64,000 nucleotides of DNA from Planctomycetota bacterium (GTDB lineage Bacteria > Planctomycetota > UBA8108 > SXIK01), in assembly GCA_965223265.1 (NCBI GenBank), contig OZ244999.1, forward strand, positions 6,208,001-6,272,000. The letters run 5' to 3'. Below the pieces are notes generated by a model. That model saw only the letters and a list, made by a program, of their open reading frames with translations, was not told the DNA's origin and searched no databases. How positions within the stretch are numbered: the stretch's first letter is position 1; each line of letters opens with the position of its first letter. The translations under genes and the position numbers were made by a program. Below are positions 8,928 to 17,703 of this stretch, piece after piece.

Positions 8928-9940
8928 CGAAGCGAAGCGACGACAACCTCAGTAAGCCGAACTTCTCCTTGGACGACTCCGCATCGGGCAAGGCAGATCA
9001 CCTTGACCCGAGCGACGATGCGTTCGACTCGTCACTGGTCGATCTGACCGCCCGCCGCTGCGATGCGCTGCGCTCTCACTATCATCACTACGTCGAGAAT
9101 GAGCTGGACCCGCTGCGAGTCCGGATGGTGGATGCCCACCTCGGAGCTTGCGACAAATGTCGCGAGGAAGTGGAGTACCTCCAGCTCGAGAAGCTGTGGG
9201 TTATGGAGACCGTGCTCGACGCGCCAGAGCTCTCGGACCGCCTGACGGAGAAGATCGTTGCGGCTGTTCATGCAGAACGCCGCGACCTCAACTCACGGTG
9301 GTTTTTGCGCGTCAGCGCGAGCATTGCGGCTGTAGCGCTTGCCGGCGTGCTCGCCGTGTTCGCCGGAGGCGCCTCGATCGAGACGCCCGAAATCGTCTCC
9401 GAGAAGCAGATACACCTGCCGCCCGGAACCATCCACGTACGCTCTGCCGGTAAAAGTCGCGACAGAAACGAGCTCCCGCGAGCTCGGCTCGTCCATTACA
9501 ACGCGTCATCGGGCATCTCGACGACGCATGGCTACCCTTGGACACTTCCGGCACCGCGCCGCCATGCAGCTCGCTGCGACTACCCGGCCTCGGCGTACCG
9601 CGTCGCTGTGCGGGTCAAATCGCCGCGCGACCGTATCCGCAAGCTCACTCCGCTCGCCTCGCGCGCAGACGTCGTCGTCTTCGTGCGGATGCCTCGGCGA
9701 GGACGTATCAGCTTGAGGGATACGGTCAACGTCGCTCTACGTTTCGCTCGCGGCACTCCTGCGGTCGAACGCGATCTCGAGTCGTGCGAGCCAGACCCGA
9801 ACGCGGACGGCAAACTGGATATCGATGACATCGCATACGGTCTCCAGGTACTATACGGGGCTCAAACGCCGGAGGCCGTCGCCTTGGGTGACGAGTCATC
9901 GCAGGAGAACGAGTGCGATGCCGCGTGCGCTCGTGCGTGA
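8924..9940 (+). CDS. Zinc-finger (HxxxCxxC) transmembrane anti-sigma factor with C-terminal dockerin/EF-hand-like motif
   Basis: HLGACDKC ZAS motif; one TM segment (SIAAVALAGVLAVFAGG); tail DPNADGKLDIDDIAYGLQVLYG. Confidence 0.82.
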   Translation: MTKRSDDNLSKPNFSLDDSASGKADHLDPSDDAFDSSLVDLTARRCDALRSHYHHYVENELDPLRVRMVDAHLGACDKCREEVEYLQLEKLWVMETVLDAPELSDRLTEKIVAAVHAERRDLNSRWFLRVSASIAAVALAGVLAVFAGGASIETPEIVSEKQIHLPPGTIHVRSAGKSRDRNELPRARLVHYNASSGISTTHGYPWTLPAPRRHAARCDYPASAYRVAVRVKSPRDRIRKLTPLASRADVVVFVRMPRRGRISLRDTVNVALRFARGTPAVERDLESCEPDPNADGKLDIDDIAYGLQVLYGAQTPEAVALGDESSQENECDAACARA

Positions 9941-10075
9941 CGCTCCAATGCGTCCATCAACCATTTGAGGATGCCTGGAGGTCGAACTCAGCGGCGACGC
10001 GACTTATCATTCGGCCCTTACGAGTTCGATTCAAACAAGATGAACGTGTACCTATCGTTCGGAGGATCTTTGAAC

Positions 10076-11542
10076 GTGACTTTCCCTGAAAAACATCGAC
10101 AAGAACGAAGCCCTCGTCGCCACGCTCGTTCTTTCGTCGTGACCGCGCTGCTTTTCGGCTGCGCGCTGTTGCTAGTGAGCCAGCCGCCGACCGTGAGCTC
10201 GGCGAGCGAAGGCGAAAGCACGAAGCGATTCTTCTTGGCATACAGCGTCAACAACGCAGGTTTCACCGACACCTGTGGCTGACCAAAGAAAAAGATCAAG
10301 CTGGGCAGTTTGCCCAGACGCATGACTTACCTCCAGCAGCTTCGTGGCTTCGGTGTCCCAACACTCTTGGTTGACGGTGGCAACGTTTTCTATCGTACGC
10401 TCACGAAGAAAGCACCCGATCGAGGCAAAGAGCTGACGCTGTGGAACCACGCTCGCGTCATTCTCAATGCGTACAACCTACTCGGCTATCAGGCGGTCGC
10501 CGTCGGCCCGGAGGACCTCCAGCTTGGTTTGAACCGCCTGCAGGAACTGGCCAACAAGGCACACTTTCCGTTTGTCTGCGCAAACTTGGTGGACAAGAAG
10601 ACGAAACAACCGTATTTCGAGCCCTATACGATCGTGAACGTCAACGGTTTGCGCGTCGGCGTCTATGGCATGCTGCAACAGCGGCTCAATCCAACGATCC
10701 GCGAGCGGGCCATTCCGGACGGCGAAATCCTACCGCCGATCGAAACGACGAAGCGAATTGTTGCGGAGATGAAGGCGAAGTGTGACGCCATCATCGGTCT
10801 TTCCCACCTGCACGAAGAGACCAACTCCAAAATCCTCGAGGAAGTCCCAGAGATTACCGCACTCGTCGATCCGGCGTCGCGCCATGGGTTCAAGACCGTC
10901 TGGATCCACTCTGAGGAGGACTACAGCCGGGACTTCGGCGGACGTCCGCGCCTGCGCATCGATGGGCAAGGCTCGCGGATCGGCATCGCTGATCTCACCG
11001 TGTCAAAGTCGAGCAAGAAACCTTCGAGTTATACGGGATACCATGTACCGATCGAGCCGCACATCATGCGGCACCCGGTGATGACTGAATTGCTGACATT
11101 CGTGCGTGCTGGTCGCGACTACCCTCTTGATCGCAAGCGCGATGCCCATTCAATGTATCCGTTCGACGACGCACTCGGAGCAGCGACGTGCGGCTCATGC
11201 CATCCCGAACAACTCGAGTTCTGGAAGTCGACGTCCCACGCCTCAAATTTCCACACCCTTGAGGCGACCGGCGACCAAGCCAACTCCGATTGCGTTGGCT
11301 GCCATTCGCTTGGCTATGGCGTCACATTCGTGAACGCCGCCGACGCGAAGAATTTCAAGGAAGTGCAGTGCGAAAACTGCCACGGTATTGTACGGGGCCA
11401 CGCCGAGGACCCGGAGAAGCACCGATTCGGGGAGGTCGGCGAACGCACGTGCGTCGGCTGTCACAACAAGGATTACACACAGAAAGACTTCGACTACGAG
11501 GACGCGCGTCCGCGAGCGTCCTGCCCGACTTCGGCCAAGTAG
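10076..11542 (+). CDS. Predicted selenoprotein: secreted UshA/5'-nucleotidase-like domain (CGU motif, Sec at TGA 10280-10282) fused to tetraheme cytochrome c
   Basis: ORFs 9965-10282 and 10310-11542 are in frame and separated only by the TGA. Readthrough gives NNAGFTDTCG-U-PKKKIKLGSLPRR, vs paralog NNSGYIDVCG-C-KHKQVRQGSLTRR. GGAGGA RBS at 10061-10066 precedes GTG 10076. Signal peptide present; 4 CxxCH (CGSCH, CVGCH, CENCH, CVGCH). Confidence 0.88.
10301..10317 (+). promoter_or_regulatory. Candidate bacterial SECIS hairpin
   Basis: CTGGGCA-GTT-TGCCCAG perfect stem starting 18 nt after the UGA, with G in the apical loop about 25 nt downstream. This fits the general bacterial SECIS model. No equivalent stem in the Cys paralog. 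Confidence 0.75.
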
Positions 11543-11575
11543 TCGCTGCGAACCCGCGTCAAGGAGTCAAGGACC

Positions 11576-13072
11576 ATGCGAAAATCAGCAGTCGTCGTGA
11601 CGCTTTTCGGCTTGACGGTTGTGCTGTCAGGAAGCGGTCAAGTCGAGGCAGAAAAACCAGCGCGATTCACCCTCGTCTACAACGTCAACAACTCCGGATA
11701 CATCGATGTCTGCGGCTGCAAGCACAAGCAGGTCCGCCAGGGAAGTCTGACGCGACGTTCGAGTTTCCTCAAACAGCTCCACGCGACGGGACGAAACCTA
11801 CTCCTCCTCGATGGCGGCAGCTCGCTCTTCAAGGTCGGCGAACTGATCAAGAAAGAACAGCGCGACGAAGCGATCCGCAAGGCTCAGCTCATCGTCGAAG
11901 CCTACAATCGGATGGGATACCATGCCATGGCTGTGGGCCCAGCCGATCTTTACGCCGGACTGGATGAAACTCTCGCCCTCAGGAAGAAGGCAAAATTCAA
12001 ATTCCTATCCGCGAACGCCTACGACAAGAACACGGGCAAGCTCCTCTTCGAGCCGCATGCTGTATTCGAAGTCGGCGGCGCGAGAGTCGGCGTGATCGGC
12101 CTCACGCTGCAGACGATTTCAAAACCGTTCTTACGGCGCATCGGCTCGCGATTTGAAGTGCGTGACGCAGAGACCGCTCTTAGGGAGTCTATCGAAGCCC
12201 TCAAACCAAAGACGGACTCGCTGATCGTCTTGTGCCACGAACGAGAAGAGGTCAGTAAGAAGTTCGCTGCAGCATTCCCGGAAATCCACATGTTGGTCGA
12301 TCCTTACATTCAGTACGGCAACCACCACACTTGGATCAAGAAACACGAGTGGCTCGACCGAGTCGAGGAGACTGTCTTCCTGCGCAGTGACGGACAAGGC
12401 GCTCGACTCGGCGTCGTTGACGTCGAGCTCAAACATGGTAGCCGTCCGCTCGTCTCACGCATCGACCTGGAAGATCTCGCTGCCGCGGTCGCCGCTGCCG
12501 ATGCCAATGTCACCGACGCCGACAAGGAGAAGCTGATTTCCTGGCGTGCGTTCAATCCCTTCGATTTTCAGCGCGTCTCGCTCGAGCCGCATCACCTCTC
12601 CGACCCCGACATCGATCGTCTCGTCGACGAATGGAAAAAGAATGTCGACCCGAGCAAAGTAGCGCGGCTAGAGGCAGAGCTGCCGCGGCGCGCTGAGTAC
12701 GCGACCGCAGACAAGTGCAAGGGCTGCCACGAAACGCAATACGACTGGTGGAAAAAGACGCGTCATGCGACAGCCTTCGCCACGCTGCAGCGCACAGGCG
12801 ATCATCAGCGCTTCGACTGTATTGGCTGCCACACGTTGGGTTACGGCGAAGCATTTCTCAACACGACCGCGGTCGGCGAATTCGCAGATGTGCAGTGTGA
12901 GTCGTGTCACGGCACGAACCCGAAACATCTCGAGAGCCCGGCGACCCATAGCTACCGCAAGATCACTAAGCACGATTGCCTTGTCTGTCACAACAAAGAG
13001 CAAACGCTAAAAGACTTTGCGTTCGCAGCGGCGCGGCGGAGAATCGCCTGTCCGAGCTCGAAGAAGTCATAA
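11576..13072 (+). CDS. Secreted UshA-like domain (CGC motif) + tetraheme cytochrome c; Cys paralog of the upstream selenoprotein
   Basis: Signal peptide; VCGCKH, LLLDGGS, AMAVGPAD, FLSAN, DGQGARLG; 4 CxxCH (CKGCH, CIGCH, CESCH, CLVCH). Confidence 0.88.
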   Translation: MRKSAVVVTLFGLTVVLSGSGQVEAEKPARFTLVYNVNNSGYIDVCGCKHKQVRQGSLTRRSSFLKQLHATGRNLLLLDGGSSLFKVGELIKKEQRDEAIRKAQLIVEAYNRMGYHAMAVGPADLYAGLDETLALRKKAKFKFLSANAYDKNTGKLLFEPHAVFEVGGARVGVIGLTLQTISKPFLRRIGSRFEVRDAETALRESIEALKPKTDSLIVLCHEREEVSKKFAAAFPEIHMLVDPYIQYGNHHTWIKKHEWLDRVEETVFLRSDGQGARLGVVDVELKHGSRPLVSRIDLEDLAAAVAAADANVTDADKEKLISWRAFNPFDFQRVSLEPHHLSDPDIDRLVDEWKKNVDPSKVARLEAELPRRAEYATADKCKGCHETQYDWWKKTRHATAFATLQRTGDHQRFDCIGCHTLGYGEAFLNTTAVGEFADVQCESCHGTNPKHLESPATHSYRKITKHDCLVCHNKEQTLKDFAFAAARRRIACPSSKKS

Positions 13073-13099
13073 CGAGACGACAACTGCGAGACCGCCTGG

Positions 13100-14164
13100 A
13101 TGAACCAAAAAGGGCCCCGTGCGGTGGTCATCGGGGGAGGCGTGATCGGCCTGGCCGTCGCACGTGAGCTCGAAGCGTTGGAGTTCAACGTCACTGTGCT
13201 CGAACGGCGACAGTTCGGGCGTGAGGCTTCGTATGCGGCGGCCGGCATGCTCGCGCCGGAACTCGAATTCACGCCCGACGACGAACTCTTCACGATGGCT
13301 TCGGAGTCGCTCGCGCTCTACCCCGACTTCGCGGCGACGCTCGAGGCCGAAGTTTCGCAAATCGTCGACCTACGACTGAGTGGAATCGTTCGACCTCTCA
13401 TGGGGTCGCCCGCGGCTGGAGAGGTAGGAGAGTCGGAGGCAACGCATTCCTACCCAAGCGTCGAACGACTGGAAGGCAATGCGCTGCGCCGATTGGAACC
13501 GGAGTTGGCCAACGAATTCACGACGGCTGAGCTTTTTCATGGCCACGGCAGTGTCGACAACCGCGCCCTCGTCGACGCGCTTGCTCGGTCGTGCCAGTGC
13601 CGCGGCGTCGAGCTGCGCGCCGCTACGACCGCTACTGAAGTCACGAGTAAAAACGATCGCGTCACGGGTGTCATCACCGACGGCGGCCCGATCGCGGCGG
13701 ACATGGTGGTCAACTGCGCCGGCGCATGGGCCAGCGATGTTGCTGTCGATGGAGCGGCCGTCGCAACGCATCCGGTCAAAGGTCAGATGTTGCTCGTTCG
13801 CTGCCCGCAGCCGGTCCTCGAACACGTGATCTACTCGCACTTGGTCTACCTCGTGCCTCGTAGTGACGGCCGAGTCGTGGTCGGCACAACGGTCGAGGAA
13901 CGCGGTTACAATAAAGACGTGGAAGCGTGGGCACTCGAGCGACTTCTGAAGGGTGCTCTGACGGTGTGCCCGGCCCTCAAGGAATCGCGCTTCGTCGAAG
14001 CTTGGGCTGGGCTGCGACCTCAAATCGCTCAAAAGAGTCCGCAAATCTGTGCCGCCGGTCCGCTGGGCTACTTTCTCGCTTGTGGGCACTACCGAAACGG
14101 CGTACTGCTGGCGCCGATCACAGCGAAACGAGTTGCCGCATTAGTGCGGCAAGCCAGCGATTGA
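13100..14164 (+). CDS. thiO: Glycine oxidase / FAD-dependent D-amino acid oxidase family
   Basis: VIGGGVIG, ASYAAAGMLAP, PVKGQ, WAGLRP, GHYRNGVLLAP. Confidence 0.85.
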   Translation: MNQKGPRAVVIGGGVIGLAVARELEALEFNVTVLERRQFGREASYAAAGMLAPELEFTPDDELFTMASESLALYPDFAATLEAEVSQIVDLRLSGIVRPLMGSPAAGEVGESEATHSYPSVERLEGNALRRLEPELANEFTTAELFHGHGSVDNRALVDALARSCQCRGVELRAATTATEVTSKNDRVTGVITDGGPIAADMVVNCAGAWASDVAVDGAAVATHPVKGQMLLVRCPQPVLEHVIYSHLVYLVPRSDGRVVVGTTVEERGYNKDVEAWALERLLKGALTVCPALKESRFVEAWAGLRPQIAQKSPQICAAGPLGYFLACGHYRNGVLLAPITAKRVAALVRQASD

Positions 14165-14196
14165 CCCCTACTTCGCAGCCACGACTTCTCGCCGTC

Positions 14197-14892
14197 TCAG
14201 CTACCTGCCGCGACTTCCTCGCGTTTGGGCTCTGCGGATTCCTCAGAGGCAGTTGACGACGCTTCCTGCTCCGGTGTGCTGCTGGGATCAGAAGCGCTCG
14301 CAGACTTGTTGGTCGCCGACTCCTCCTGCGAGAAGTGCTTTTTGTACAGCTCGTCGCTACGTTCCAGCGAGTCTTTCACTCGCTGCAGGCGGCCACCGTC
14401 AGCAGCAAGGAGCTCGGGATCGGCGCTGTCGAGAAAAGCTCTCATGTCGACGACCGCCTTCTGCGTCTCGTCAACGTAGGAACAGGCCGTTGTCACGGCG
14501 TCATTGATGGCGTCACGGATGTCCGTGAGATCGTCGCCAGCGCGCAGAGTGCACGGTCGACGCCAGGAGCCGTTGACCAGCTCACCAAAATAGATCTTAA
14601 AACGATGGATTGGACCACAAAACTTGAACGAGTAGAGAATGCCGACCGACGCTGCGAACGGCACCCCGACGCCCACTGAAAGTAGAAACTTCTGGTACAG
14701 AACCCGCTTCAACTCAGCAACAATCAGGTCGGAACTTGTGTACTGCGGAATGCCTTCGGCCAAGCTCCAGAGGGCGGCGAGGCTGAGCTGGAAATTGATC
14801 AGGAGCACAAGGCACGTCACCAAAAGCGTGACAAAAACGATCTTGAGCTGGAGATCAACGCGGATCAGCTTCTTCTTTCGTCGGTTCTTCAA
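14197..14892 (-). CDS. Two-TM membrane protein with HAMP-like segment (hypothetical)
   Basis: TTG 14892 after GAGGAGG; RRKKKLIRVDLQLK, two TM segments, GPIHRF...LRAGDDL. Confidence 0.65.
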   Translation of the reverse strand: MKNRRKKKLIRVDLQLKIVFVTLLVTCLVLLINFQLSLAALWSLAEGIPQYTSSDLIVAELKRVLYQKFLLSVGVGVPFAASVGILYSFKFCGPIHRFKIYFGELVNGSWRRPCTLRAGDDLTDIRDAINDAVTTACSYVDETQKAVVDMRAFLDSADPELLAADGGRLQRVKDSLERSDELYKKHFSQEESATNKSASASDPSSTPEQEASSTASEESAEPKREEVAAGS

Positions 14893-15150
14893 CTTCGACC
14901 TCCTCGGAATCGCAGCGTTCGTGATCGCGCGATCACGATGCGGTACGGCGAGCTTCGAGACATTCAGTCCACGAATTACGTATCGGTCAGCAATGAACGA
15001 CGCTTGATTCCGAATCGTCGAGGTCAAGCGAGGAGCAGCAAAGAAGAAGTTGTGTCAGCGCGATAACGAGAAAGCGCGTCGCGTTATCGGAGACGGGTGG
15101 TCTCTCATCGCTTGGGAGACAACCCGGTAGCGGACCTGACCTCAAGACCG

Positions 15151-16170
15151 TCAACCAAAACGTTCCGCAAAACAGTCGTAGAGCGCGTCGAGCGACTGCA
15201 CTCGATCAGGATCGATACAGAGCACCACCTGATCGCGTTGCCGAAACGCGCCGTGGCGACGCTGGCGAGTGAATTCTACAACAACCTCAGGAACCTCTGC
15301 GGGCCTCATTGCGGCGACCTTCGCAAGGCTTTCAGGCGCGTCATCAGCGAGGCTAAACGTGACTCCTTGCGGCGAACGTGGCTCCAATCCACGGAGTGGT
15401 CGGACCAGGTAATCGCCCTCCTTGAAAAGCCGGTAGTTCGCCGAGCCGCGGGCGCTCGGACGGTGCGAGACATGGACCGGGTGGAACAGATGGAGCATGC
15501 GACTGGCTCGAGAGCCATCCGCCACCTTGACCCCGACACGCCGCAGGCGTCGGGCGATATCTTCGTCCTCGTAGCCCCACCCTTCGAAGCGCTCATCGAA
15601 GCCGTTGACGCGCTCGAAGTCTTGACGCCACACCGCAGCATTCGCGGTCGTCAACTTGGGACGCACCTTGAGACGTGTGCGCGAGTAGAGCTGATTCTTC
15701 AGCCACAGAGTCGCCAGTGCCCGCCGGGAGCGACGCGCAAGTCGTTGGAAGAGCCCGAGGTCGACGCTGCCGCGCTGCAGAACGATTGACGTCTCCTGCT
15801 CCGTCAACCAACATCGCGCGCCCACAGTCGCCACTCCAAGGCGGCACTTGCACGCATGGAACACCAAACTGTCGGCGAAGGGCACACAGTCACCATCGGT
15901 GAACAGGAGTACATCGCCTGCGGCCGCCTCACGCACAGCTCGATTGCGCACTGCGGCAAGACGAAAGCCACGATCCTCCTGCCAAACGTGCTTGAGCGCA
16001 AATCGCGCCACGCGCCGGTGCGCGTCGATCACCTCGCGGGTGCGCTCGTCGGACCCGTCGTCGGCCACAACCACCTCGAAGTCGTCAGGGTTGACGACTT
16101 CGTCGTAGCCACGGAGCACGACCGCAAGCGCCGAAGGTCGGTTGTAGGTCGACAGGATCACGGAAATCAC
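15151..16170 (-). CDS. Glycosyltransferase family 2
   Basis: ISVILSTYNRP, VADDGS, FTDGDC, NGFDERFEGWGYEDED. Confidence 0.9.
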   Translation of the reverse strand: MISVILSTYNRPSALAVVLRGYDEVVNPDDFEVVVADDGSDERTREVIDAHRRVARFALKHVWQEDRGFRLAAVRNRAVREAAAGDVLLFTDGDCVPFADSLVFHACKCRLGVATVGARCWLTEQETSIVLQRGSVDLGLFQRLARRSRRALATLWLKNQLYSRTRLKVRPKLTTANAAVWRQDFERVNGFDERFEGWGYEDEDIARRLRRVGVKVADGSRASRMLHLFHPVHVSHRPSARGSANYRLFKEGDYLVRPLRGLEPRSPQGVTFSLADDAPESLAKVAAMRPAEVPEVVVEFTRQRRHGAFRQRDQVVLCIDPDRVQSLDALYDCFAERFG

Positions 16171-16256
16171 AGCAGCCGCTCCGCGTCGCTGATACCCGCG
16201 AGTTTGGTCATGTTGCGTTTCGAGACTGTTTCGGAACTACACTGCGCCGGACGAGC

Positions 16257-17471
16257 TCAGGCGCCGAACTTCTTCAGTCGCGAAGCATGTGCGAGGGCGA
16301 GTGGCATGAGCTGAGTCGCCGGAAAGATTCCCAGATCACCGCTCATCGCGCCCTGCTCGTCGAAGCGGCTACCCTTTCGAGGCAGGCTAAGTGGCGAGTG
16401 GATGAGCGTCGGCACAGGATGCCAGCTGTGCTCCTTGTGAATGCATGGAGTCGAGTGATCCCCGGTCACGATCAACACCTCTGGCTTGAGCGCTAGGAGA
16501 CGCTCAAGCGACGCATCGACGATTTCAAGATGCCGCACCTTCTCTTCGAAGAGCCCCGAGTGACCAGCACTATCCGTACCCTTGTAGTGCAGAAAGAAAA
16601 AGTCGTAGGCATCGAACTGCTGTTCGAGAAGTGCCAACTCCGCGTCCCAACCTTTCGGCGCCCCGAGCACCTTCATTCCGACCATGCGAGCGACGCCGCG
16701 GTACATCGGATACGCGGCGATCGCCCCCGCGGCGAGCCCAAAGCGCTCGTCGAACGGCATGACCTCCGGCAGTCCTGAGAAACCTCGCAGGAGCATCCCA
16801 GAGGCCTGCGGTTCGTCCGCGAGGATCTCTCGAGCGCGACGCAGAAACGTCGCCACAATCGCAGCGGCGCGCTCAGCACCGGGTGCTTGAGCGGTGATGT
16901 CGAGAAGTGACCTTCCTTCACGCTGCGGGTCGTTGTCGTTGAGCGCTGCACTCAGGCCATCACCTCTGAACACCACGGTAAAGCGGTGCTCCTTGCCTGG
17001 AAGAATCTTCACCTCGGCGCCGTCCACACCGTCGCGAAACCCTTCTACGAGTTTGGTGCACAGGCGAAGATTCTCGCTGTCCGGCGGGCGCCCGGCGCGG
17101 CGATCGTGCACGATACCGTCGGCATCGACGGTGGCGTAGTTGGCGCGCGCTGCGACGTCAGTCGGTCGGAGGTCGAAGTCGCTGCCAAGCGCCTCGAGCG
17201 CGCCACGGCCGAACGTGATCGTGTACGGGTGATACCCAAAGAGGGCGAGGTGAGCCGGACCGCTGCCCGGCGTGACGCCGTAGTCAACGACCTGCATGCG
17301 GCCAAGAGAAGATCGAGACGCCAGCGCGTCGAGGGCTGGGAGCTTTGCGGTTTCGAGCTCGCTCAGCCCCGTCTCGGGGTCAGGGAGCCCCCCAAGCCCG
17401 TCACAAACCAAAAGAATGATCTTCTGACCCTGAGGACGAGTGATCAGGGTGCGGGTTTCGTCGTGAATCAT
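16257..17471 (-). CDS. apgM: 2,3-bisphosphoglycerate-independent phosphoglycerate mutase (ApgM type)
   Basis: DGLGG, TPGSGPAHLALFGY, GRGALEALG, DSAGH, TGDHSTP, HSWHPVP. Confidence 0.9.
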   Translation of the reverse strand: MIHDETRTLITRPQGQKIILLVCDGLGGLPDPETGLSELETAKLPALDALASRSSLGRMQVVDYGVTPGSGPAHLALFGYHPYTITFGRGALEALGSDFDLRPTDVAARANYATVDADGIVHDRRAGRPPDSENLRLCTKLVEGFRDGVDGAEVKILPGKEHRFTVVFRGDGLSAALNDNDPQREGRSLLDITAQAPGAERAAAIVATFLRRAREILADEPQASGMLLRGFSGLPEVMPFDERFGLAAGAIAAYPMYRGVARMVGMKVLGAPKGWDAELALLEQQFDAYDFFFLHYKGTDSAGHSGLFEEKVRHLEIVDASLERLLALKPEVLIVTGDHSTPCIHKEHSWHPVPTLIHSPLSLPRKGSRFDEQGAMSGDLGIFPATQLMPLALAHASRLKKFGA

Positions 17472-17703
17472 GAGCTTAAAGTCACATATGAGGGCTGAAT
17501 TGATCAAAAGCAGGTAGCCGCGTATTAGGCATCAGCCGGCGGCAAACGGCAAGGGTGGAGCGGTCGTTCACCGTCGGCCTCAGGGGGCAATCCACCCAAT
17601 CCACCCAACACGACAAGAAACCAAAAGGAGTGACCAATTTTTGGCCACAACAACCTTGGCCTCTTCGCAACGCCCCGTAAAATGAGAAGAAGCGGCCAAG
17701 GTC

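Noticed and set aside
10280-10282. TGA as a nonsense mutation (pseudogene) or as genome-wide UGA=Trp/Gly recoding
   Set aside because: Many genes here end normally at TGA (e.g. 8927, 14164, 23378). This TGA aligns with Cys and has a SECIS-like stem, so Sec is the better explanation, although a pseudogene is not formally excluded.
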